Assembly (NCBI RefSeq): GCF_000143415.4
Contig: NW_003314474.1
Coordinates: 1 to 45,011, forward strand
DNA from: Selaginella moellendorffii
Taxonomy: Eukaryota; Plantae; Lycopodiophyta
Direction: 5' to 3'
Length of the DNA: 45,011 bases
The stretch's first letter is position 1, and each line of letters starts with the position of its first letter. Below the pieces are notes generated by a model that had not been told where the DNA came from, ran no database searches, and was given only the letters and a program-made list of their open reading frames with translations. Position numbers and translations under genes: made by a program. Below are positions 32,392 through 40,981 of this stretch, piece by piece.

Positions 32392-33935
32392 TTATTGCTG
32401 CTGATGGCCTGGAAAAAAGAAAAAGAAAAATAAAAGAGTCACGACACAAACAAACAATGAATCAGGCGGTGAATTCCAAATAGTTACCCTTGCGCCGTTT
32501 CTTCTTCTCGGGCCTCGTAAAAATATCCTCCACGCGCTCTACAATCTTTCGCTTTTTACTGCTCGCCTTCGGCTTCTTCCGGAGATCCTCCGCTACGAAA
32601 TCGCCCTGGAGACAGTCAAACCGATGCGGAAATGAGGGATTTGCGAGAGGAATGGGGAGGAGTTTCACGTACGGGAAGGTGAACTGATTTCTCGTGGTTA
32701 TCTCTGACGTGCCTGTAAGCAAAGGACTTTCCGCACTCTGGGTTGGAACATGGATACGGTCTGAATTTCAGGTGGGCAACCTTGATATGCTTTCGAAGGT
32801 TATTTTCCTGCGAGACACGTGACGAAAGATGAGCAGGCAAACAATGTGGTCATAAAACAAAAAGACCTGTAGATAGGTGAGCGGGCAGTCCGGATAGGGA
32901 CATTTTATACGCTCCCGATTCAAGAGTCCCGCTTTGTCATGAGTCGCATAGTGCCTCTTGATTTTCGACCGCATGCACTGCTTGCCACACACTTCGCAGA
33001 ACACGTACTTGTGAGCGTTCCTTGTGTGCTCGGCCAAGTCCGAAGGGTGATCAAAACGCTCGTTGCAACCCGGCTCGGAACAGACTATATCAACGTAGAT
33101 TTCTCCTGCTGCAGCAAAGAACACATGGTTAGACCGAACCAAACATATACAGGTACCTCATACTGAGAGCATATCAAGTCTAGAAAAATCGGAGAGGTCA
33201 CCCATCCCAAAACCCTGGATTGCCTCTCACCTCCTATCCGGGACTTCTTGAGGCAGTCACCCGCCTCAATACTACTCTGGAGTAGCTTTTCCACTTCGGA
33301 GTTCCATCGAGATCCGGTGTTGACGTCGAAGCTCACCTAAGCATTACATAAACAAGCCTCACCATGGCATGTCTCCTCATGATACCGAAGCTGTGATGGA
33401 TACCGGAAAGCTTTGCCACATTTCTCCTCCTTGCAAGCGTGCTCCTTTGCTTCCTCCAAGCCTTTGTCTCGGTGGCGCTGGAGCGTTCCTTTCTTTTCGT
33501 GAAGCTTCGTGTGTCGCTTTAAGTCGTGTAAAATCCTGGTGGTGAAAATGCATCCCGGCCGCGAGCAGGCATGGACCTTTCCATCGTGTTTGTCATTTAT
33601 GTGACGCTTGAGGTGATTCTCCCACTTGTATTTGGCGCCGCAAGAATCGACAGGGCAGCAAAATTTCCTCTGCGTGAAAGGATCTCGATCAGTCGGAGGA
33701 GAGAGAGATAGAATTCTACCTCGTTCGAGTGACAGAGGAGGTGCTGCCTGAGCAAGGAAGGCTTCCCCAGCTTCTTTCCACACTCACGGCACTCGTATTT
33801 CTTCTCTTCTTGATCGCTGCTGCTCGCGCTGGCGCTGCCTGTCTCGACATCCTCGCTCTCATACCTGGTGCTCTCCCAATCCTCGCTCCCATAGCTGCTA
33901 TCGGATTGATCAGAATCGCTGGAGCTGGTGTCCAT
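32392..33935 (-). CDS. TFIIIA: Transcription factor IIIA (C2H2 zinc-finger array, 8 fingers readable)
   Basis: Spliced fingers include CSEPGC, CEVCGK..IKRH, CGKSFAYRHVRDNHEK and a C-terminal GDFV motif, as in plant TFIIIA. Introns 33670-33719, 33109-33362 and 32808-32866, plus a likely final intron 32409-32487 (alternatively the stop is at 32462). Confidence 0.9.
33239..33336 (-). ncRNA. 5S rRNA mimic (P5SM-like cis-regulatory RNA) in the TFIIIA intron
   Basis: Minus strand CACCGGATCTCGATGGAACTCCGAAGTG...AGAGTAGTATTGAGGCGGGTGACTGCCTCAAGAAGTCC aligns to plant 5S rRNA CACCGGATCCCATCAGAACTCCGCAGTT...AGAGTAGTACTAGGATGGGTGACCTCCTGGGAAGTCC, with helices preserved. Confidence 0.9.
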
Positions 33936-34054
33936 CGCGCGTCGCGCAGCCTTTCTTGGAGCCCTAAAACCTAAACCTAAAATACATTGTCCCGCTCATA
34001 TTTGAAAAATTCTCTTGCCATAGCGAAGAGCAAAAGCTAGGGTTTTTAGCAGCG
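33936..34054. promoter_or_regulatory. 119-bp bidirectional promoter (TFIIIA / ASHH3-like) with telo-box-like motifs
   Basis: Divergent ATGs at 33935 and 34055. CCCTAAAACCTAAACCTAAA (33962-33981) and TAGGGTTT (34038-34045). Confidence 0.55.
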
Positions 34055-36079
34055 ATGGCGAACCAGGAGAGAGGGCTGGAGCTCGGCCAGCGCTGCGATC
34101 ACCAGCATTCTCCTCTATCGGCAGCAGCGGAAGATCCAGAGAAGGACATGGCCGCGGGTCCAAGAACGAAGGTCTATAGAAGGAGATTTTCTTCGATCAG
34201 AGGCATCGCAGTGCGTCCTCCAGTCACTCGCCGGCGGAGAGACGATCAATGGAGCAGCTCTCGTCGGTTTCGAGGTCAGTGCATCGCTTGTGAGTAAAGG
34301 AAAATGCTGATTGATTTCTGTTTCTTTCAAGTTCTGGAATGTAGAACAAACGAGTGATCCAAAGGTAGCATTCGAGTGTCTTCCACTCCGGCCTTGCGAT
34401 TTTCGTCTACCTTCTTCTTGGATCAAGCGCCTGGACCAAGAAAGTCCTCCATATATTCACATAAGACGCAGTAAGACTTCTATTTCTCTTGTCTTATATA
34501 TTTTATTCTCTCTCACATTTCAGATGTTTATCTCACGAAGAAAACGCCGAAAGTCTCCAAAGACGATGGAATGCAGTGCTCTTGCAAAGGATCAAAAATC
34601 TGCTCGTCAGACTGCATTTGCAGGTATTTGTCTTCGTTCACTCTTTTGTTTGTTAATTTTCTTTGATGGTGGTTTTAGATTACTGTACACTAGTTGTTCA
34701 TCCAGCTGCGCTTGTGAAGGCAAATGCGAGAATCTTCCTTTTCAAAAGCGTGATGGCCGGAGGCTAAGACTTAAAGAGGTACCGTTGTAATCTCATTTGT
34801 GTCCTTAAGAATGTGGTTCTGGCAGACGGAGAATTGTGGATGGGGTCTTTTTGCGGATGAAAATATTGAGCGAGGCGATTTTTTGATCGAGTACATTGGC
34901 GAAGGTAATTTAGATTTTAGATTTTCAGTTTAGATGTTCTCATTTTCCTTTCTGCAGTAATTGACGACAAGACGTGTGAAGAAAGATTATGGGATCTGAA
35001 AGAACGTGGCGAGAATAACTTCTACCTCTGTGAAGTCGGTCACGACAAGGTGATCGACGCGACCTTCAAGGGCAACATGTCTCGATTTATCAATCACAGT
35101 TGCAATCCCAACGCACAATTGCGAAAATGGTCTGCCAAATTCTTCTACAATCTACTTACGAGCAAGTTACTATTTCCAGGCAATGCGATGGAGAGCTTAG
35201 AATCGGCGTGTTCGCAGTATCTCGTATATTGAAGGGTCAGGAAATAACATACGATTACAAGTAAGTGGAACTACCTTCGTGACACTGCTAATCTTTCGTG
35301 CAGGTACATTCAATTCGGGACGGAGCAGCAGTGTCACTGCGGATCCAAAAATTGCAAAGGGATACTTGGCGGCTCTAGGCCAACTAAGCTACAGAATCAG
35401 AATGTGCAAGGAGAAATGGTTCAGGTAAATACGAAACTTAAGGTTTTTGACAGGCTTTTCCGTTGCGTAGTTTTTTCCACAACAGGAAAAGATGGATGCT
35501 CCAGAAACGCAGAACTTTTCTAAACCAAGGGAGTTCAAGCAGATAATCTCCGATGCACCATGTATGGAAGGTTCTTTCTCTCTTTTCATTTCTCTTTCTT
35601 TCGTTTGCTTGAACACTGTTTGCTTTTACAGCTGTGTCTCCTTTCGCGCATTCGAGGAACTCTGTCGGACACAGAGTACGAGTATGGTGGCCTCTCGACC
35701 AAAAGTACGTGATGCTGCCTATTCTTTTTCTGCTACTGAAAGCTTTATAAATCTTGTAGATACTACAGCGGACGGATCATACGCTACAACGCCTCGATTG
35801 GCAAACATCAGGTGAGTGTCGTTTTTGTCATGCCTATTAAACATTGCTTGTACATGCTCCTACTGTGCATGTACATGCCTCTTAAATTTTTCTTGTGCAT
35901 GCTTGTACATAGATACTTTACGATGATGGTGACGAGGAGGAGATTAGCTTGCTCGAGGAGAAATGGTCATGGGAGAAGAAGGTCAGAACAATACTAAATA
36001 GCACGGTAAAAACATTAAATTCCACTCTGAGCAGGAAGGGGCCATCCTAGAACAAAAACTAAGAACCTTGGAAGTTTAG
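34055..36079 (+). CDS. ASHH3: ASH1-homolog histone lysine methyltransferase (AWS-SET-postSET) with C-terminal Tudor domain, multi-exon
   Basis: PYIHIRRNVYL, GWGLFADENI..G.FLIEYIGEVIDDKTCEERLW, VIDATFKGNMSRFINHSCNPN, EITYDY, CHCGSKNC, then VGHRVRVWWPLDQKYYSG...HQILYDDGDEE. The 5' exons need a ~40-nt intron (34172-34211) to stay in frame. Confidence 0.85.
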
Positions 36080-36190
36080 AGGTATCTAGATCCCAAGCAA
36101 CGAGATTTTAGCCACAGGACGATCATCCAGTTCCAGTTCTGAAGCTAAGAAATTCTTTTCGTCATTTGGCTCTAATGGTTTTCCCTGTGG

Positions 36191-38422
36191 ATGACCAACT
36201 TAGCTCTCAAGAACGCTCACCTCCTCCTGGAATCCCTGCTCAAGTCTGCCACGCCATCTCTCGCGGAAGTGAAAGAGATCCAAAAATCGATCGGACTATC
36301 ATCCTCTGGCTCTCGGCTTGACAATCTTTTGATCCGCGCGTACGCCCACTGTGGAAGCCTCGATGGATCGCGCGAGCTCTTCGATGGAATGCGCGAGCGG
36401 ACGCTCTTCTCGTGGTCGATCATGGTGGCGGCGCACGCCCAGAGAGGGCATCTGGAAGAAGCATCCGCGATCCACGAGAAGATGCCTGCCTGGAATGTCG
36501 TGTGCTGGAACGCGATGCTGGCGCCACTGGCGGATTCCGGGCGGCTGGACTTTTCCGCCAGAATGTTCCAAGCGATGCCAGGGCGGAATGCCGTGTCCTG
36601 GACGGCGGCGATTGCTGCAAGTGCCCGGAATGGGCATCTGGTGTGGGCGATGGAGCTATTTCACAAGATGCCTTCTACGAGCGAAATCTCTTGGGACTCC
36701 ATCACTAGGGCCCTTGCTCTGTCAGGGAATCTCGACGATGCGAGGCTCTATTTCCATCGATCGCCCGCAAGAATGAGCTTTGCGACTTGGATGGCAATCT
36801 TCCAGGCGTGTGCCAGGAGTGGCGAGCTTGATCACGCAAAAGCCCTCTTCGATCAAGCGATTGAGAGGAACGAGGATTCGTGGAGCGCGATGCTCTGGGG
36901 ATATGCCACGCAGGGGAGTCTGAGAGATTCCGTGGCTGTGCTGGAGAAGATGCCTGTGGTGGGAGTGGTCTCGTGCTCGAGCCTCGTCCAGTGTTATACC
37001 CAGAACGGGTATATTCGTGAGGCGAAAGCACTCTTTGATGGATTGCCCGCGAGATCGGAGGACACGTGGACGGCTCTCGCTGTGGGATATGCCCGCACTG
37101 GGCATCTTGGCGAAGCGGGGATTTTGACGGACAGGATGCCGCAGAGGAATCTCGTGTGCATGGCTGCGATTTTGCAGGCTCACGAGGGGGATCTCCATGC
37201 AGCAAAGGGAATCTTTGTTGAGATGCCAGAGAAGAACTATACGTGTTGGAACACATTGCTTACGGCCTACGCTAGTGCCGATTTGTTCGAATGTGTGGAG
37301 CGAGTTTTCAAGAAAATGCCGATGCATTGCGAGGTTCCATGTACGACGATGATCTCGGTGTACGGCAAGCACAGGCATTTCCGGGAATCTTTAGAAACGT
37401 ATGATTCTATGCCCAGGAAAGATGTTGTAGCTGCCAATGCGGTTTTGCAAGCAAAAGTGGCAAACGGGCTTCTATGCGAGGCACTGGAGTTTTATGAGAA
37501 GATGCCCGTGAGGTCGATTCCCACTTGGACAATCATGATCCGGGCATATTCTCAAAATGGCTGTACAGACTTGGCGAAAACTATATTCGATCAAGCGTCC
37601 AAGGATCTCGTTTCATGGAATGTGCTAATGAAACTCTACGGAACCACCGGTTATGTCCTCCAGGCAGAAGTTTTGTTTGAGAAGGCTCCGGCAAGGAATA
37701 TCCTGTCGTGGACCGCCATGTACTCTGCATATGCCCGCTGTGGGCACCTGCTGGAAACCAAAAACCTCTTTGACAAGATGCCTAGCCGCGACATTTATAC
37801 TTGGAACACACTCGCTTCGTGTTATGTCTTGCATGGAAACTTAAGCGAGGCACGAAGTACATTCCAAAAGATGCCGGAGCACAGCAGCGTGACGTTCAAT
37901 GAGATGCTCGTGGCACTTTTTCAGGACACTGGCCTGGATCAAATCAAAAGCCTGTTTGATACATTGCCTGAAAAGTGTGTTGTTTCATAGTCACTGCTGA
38001 TCTCGGCATATGCCCAAAACGCCATGTCCAAGGAAGGATTTCAACTGTTTCGTGACATGATCTTGGAAGGAATCTTGCCTGACGAAGTTTGCATGACCAT
38101 TGTTTTGGATCTGTGCAGCCACACCGAGGATGCACTGCGGATCTTTAGATACTTGGAGCAGGATCTTGGCTTGAGGGCCGTGAGGGAGCACTACTTGTGT
38201 TTGATTGACATCCTTGGAAAATCTGGATGGACGAAGAGAGCTCAAGACTTGATTCAAAGCATGGGCTACAGTGAAGCTTGGGCATCACTCCTTGGATCTT
38301 GCAAGATCCACAATGATCCTTCAATTGGAGCAAAAGCAGCTGCAGAGCTGGCCAGCTTTGATCCAGAAACATCTGCAACTTACGTGTTGTTGTCCACTAT
38401 ATATTTTGAAAGTAACTCTTAA
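36191..38422 (+). pseudogene. PLS-class PPR (S-array plus E) interrupted by a single in-frame TAG at 37988-37990
   Basis: ORFs 36191-37990 and 38024-38422 are in the same frame. The TAG sits at the conserved Trp of the VS-W motif (VVS*SLLISAYAQN). Confidence 0.8.
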
Positions 38423-38467
38423 ATCTCATCACATTTTAGATCTTGGAAACTTAGCTTTATCAACCTT

Positions 38468-38567
38468 NNNNNNNNNNNNNNNNNNNNNNNNNNNNNNNNN
38501 NNNNNNNNNNNNNNNNNNNNNNNNNNNNNNNNNNNNNNNNNNNNNNNNNNNNNNNNNNNNNNNNNNN
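38468..38567. other. Assembly gap (100 N)
   Basis: Run of N. Confidence 0.99.
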
Positions 38568-38702
38568 GCTTGATAGAATGATCATAATTGGATAGACTCG
38601 AATCTAGTTGTTTGATATCTCACATTTTAGATCTTGGAAAGTTCCACAGGCAGTTACATCAAGATCTCTTGGTTTCTAGCTTTGATCTCGAAGATAGAAT
38701 GA

Positions 38703-40916
38703 TCATGAGATTGCCATAGTCATGATTCTCTGCCTCACAAGAAGATCTTGGTAGCCCGCGTCCCTGAGACACGAGCTCAAAGTTCTCATCGTCTGGGCCT
38801 GTGGAGTAAACCCCGCCGCCACCATCGCCTCGAAGATCCTGAAAGCGTCGTCCGCCATGTCCGCCGAGCACGCCTCCCCGATCAGCAGCGTGTATGTCAC
38901 GAGCCCAGGAGCGCAGCCTCTGCTCGCCATCTTCTCAAACTCCGCGATGGCCGAGTCCACTCTATCCAATCCACACAAGCTCCGAAGAACCGCAACGTAA
39001 GTTGCCTCGTCCGGCCTCACGCCCTTGAGCACCATCTGCTCGATCACCTCCACTGCCTCGTCCGGCTCCCCGGCCTTGCAAATCTCCGCGACGCAAAGGC
39101 TGTACGTCGCAGCGTCCGCGACAAATCCCGGGCTGCGCAAGAGCTTCGAGGCCGCCTCCCACTTTTTCCTCAAGTAGAGCTCTTCTACGAGGATCTTAAA
39201 CGTTTCACCCAGTGGCTGGCATCCCACCTCCACAACGTTGTCAAGAACACTGCAGGCCTCGTCCACTTCCCCTTGCTTGCACAGAACTTCCACCAGCGCG
39301 TGGCAAATCGCCCCGTTTGGCACAACGTTGTCCGCCTCCATCACGTCCAGGAACTCCTTGGCTTCGTCCACCCGGCGAGCTCGGCACAGGCACTGGATGA
39401 GCGGAGCGTACGTGTTGGCATCCGGCTGCCGCTTCTTCCGCTTCATCTTGTGGTAGATCTCGAGAGCCGACTCCACACTGTCGGCACCGCAGACGCAGTC
39501 CATGAGGACGTTGTAAGTCTGGAGGCCGGGAATGAAGCCGGCGTTCACCATGTCTTCGTGGACCCGGAAAGCCTCCCTCGACTTCTTGTGCTCGCTGAAA
39601 CCGTGGAGTAGCGTCATGAACGTCACCGGGTGGGGGATGCACTCGTGTACCATCATCCTGGTGAAAACGTCGTCGGCCTTGTCCATCCTACCCGCCTTGC
39701 AAAACCCGTCGATGATGCTGCTGTAAGTTATCACGTCCGGAGTCACTTTGCTCTCCACCATCTCCAGGAGGATCCTGTACGCCTCGTCGACTTTCCCGGC
39801 CTTGCAAAGCCCGTGAACCGCTACGTTGTAAGTGACCACGTTGGGCTTCTTTCCGCTCTTCAAGAGCCTCTCGAAAAACTGACAGGCTTTCTCCTGCTCG
39901 TCGTTCTTCCACAGCGCGTGGAGCATAGCGTTGAAGTCGATGATGTTGATCCCAAAGCCTTTCTCCTTCATGTGGAGCAGCAGCTCCAGGCATTCCGACG
40001 GCTTCCCTTGCCTCTTAAACCCGTTGACGACCGCATTGTAATACATGGCTCTCGGAACCATGTCTTCGCCTTTCAACTGCATGAGGAGAGAGTAAGCCTC
40101 GTCCACCCTGTCCACCTTGCAGAGGCCATCGATTAGAGAGCTGTAAGTGACGACGTTTGGAGCACAGCCTACAGCCCGCATCCGCTTGAAGTACTCGTAA
40201 GCTTTGTCCACCCTCTGGGCCTTGCAAAGAGCATCGATGACTGTGCTGTAGGAGATCACGTCCGGCTCACACCCGTGAGAAGCCTCGTATCTCTTCTCCA
40301 TGTCGTCGAACAGCTCCAGTCCCTCGTCGATGCGGTTTGCCTTGCATAGCCCGTTCACGACTGTGTTGTAAGTTATCACGTTGGGAGAGCACTCCTCGCC
40401 CATGCTCTTAAACTGCTCCAGAGCTTCATCTATCCTGCCTTTCCTGCAGAGCCCCTGGATCAGTGTGCTGTGCAAGAGCACGTCCATCTTGACCCCTCGT
40501 TCTTTCATCTCATCCAGAAGCTCGAAAGCTTGGTCGACTTGTCCTGCCTTGCAGAAGCCGTTGATGACAGTAGTGTACATGATCTCGTTGGGAAAGCACA
40601 GCGGCTCGAGCTCTTCCTTGAGTAGCCTGTGTGCTTCCTCGTGCCTCTTGGCCTTGACGAATGCGTTGAGAAGAACGGCACAGGTGTAAGCGTTGTGCTG
40701 GAAACCGGGCTTGTTACCAGCCCACTGGAAGAATGTCCACGCCACATCTGGATCCTCTACCTGTTGGAGGACCCTGCCGGCTACTTCTGGTGTCACAGTT
40801 GACGCATAGCCAGCCAAGTCTCGACATAGGTAAGGCCCCGGTTTCAAAATTCCCAGCAGTATCTCCGCTACATCTTGCGTTGGGCGCAAGAATCCTCGGG
40901 CAATTGCACGAGCCAT
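38703..40916 (-). CDS. Intronless P-class PPR protein (35-aa repeats)
   Basis: FFQWAGNKPGFQHNAYT N-terminal motif followed by canonical TY..VI.GLCK...VDEA..L..EM...G..P repeats. Confidence 0.95.
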   Translation of the reverse strand: MARAIARGFLRPTQDVAEILLGILKPGPYLCRDLAGYASTVTPEVAGRVLQQVEDPDVAWTFFQWAGNKPGFQHNAYTCAVLLNAFVKAKRHEEAHRLLKEELEPLCFPNEIMYTTVINGFCKAGQVDQAFELLDEMKERGVKMDVLLHSTLIQGLCRKGRIDEALEQFKSMGEECSPNVITYNTVVNGLCKANRIDEGLELFDDMEKRYEASHGCEPDVISYSTVIDALCKAQRVDKAYEYFKRMRAVGCAPNVVTYSSLIDGLCKVDRVDEAYSLLMQLKGEDMVPRAMYYNAVVNGFKRQGKPSECLELLLHMKEKGFGINIIDFNAMLHALWKNDEQEKACQFFERLLKSGKKPNVVTYNVAVHGLCKAGKVDEAYRILLEMVESKVTPDVITYSSIIDGFCKAGRMDKADDVFTRMMVHECIPHPVTFMTLLHGFSEHKKSREAFRVHEDMVNAGFIPGLQTYNVLMDCVCGADSVESALEIYHKMKRKKRQPDANTYAPLIQCLCRARRVDEAKEFLDVMEADNVVPNGAICHALVEVLCKQGEVDEACSVLDNVVEVGCQPLGETFKILVEELYLRKKWEAASKLLRSPGFVADAATYSLCVAEICKAGEPDEAVEVIEQMVLKGVRPDEATYVAVLRSLCGLDRVDSAIAEFEKMASRGCAPGLVTYTLLIGEACSADMADDAFRIFEAMVAAGFTPQAQTMRTLSSCLRDAGYQDLLVRQRIMTMAIS

Positions 40917-40981
40917 CCTCCACAGTGGCTACAAAAAAATGCCCATTCTGGGCAAATGCTTTACTTTGGACGCTTCGAAGC

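Noticed and set aside
33239-33336. Functional 5S rRNA gene
   Set aside because: Lacks the 5S 5'/3' ends (helix I), is single-copy and intronic, and box A/C are diverged.
38423-38706. Direct repeats (CACATTTTAGATCTTGGAAA; GATAGAATGATCAT) around the N gap
   Set aside because: They flank an assembly gap and may be an overlap artefact, so they cannot be interpreted.
38748-40136. Long antisense ORFs (287 aa, 168 aa) opposite the P-class PPR, and similar ones opposite germin and the other PPRs
   Set aside because: Expected shadow ORFs of GC3-rich coding sequence, with no independent motifs.
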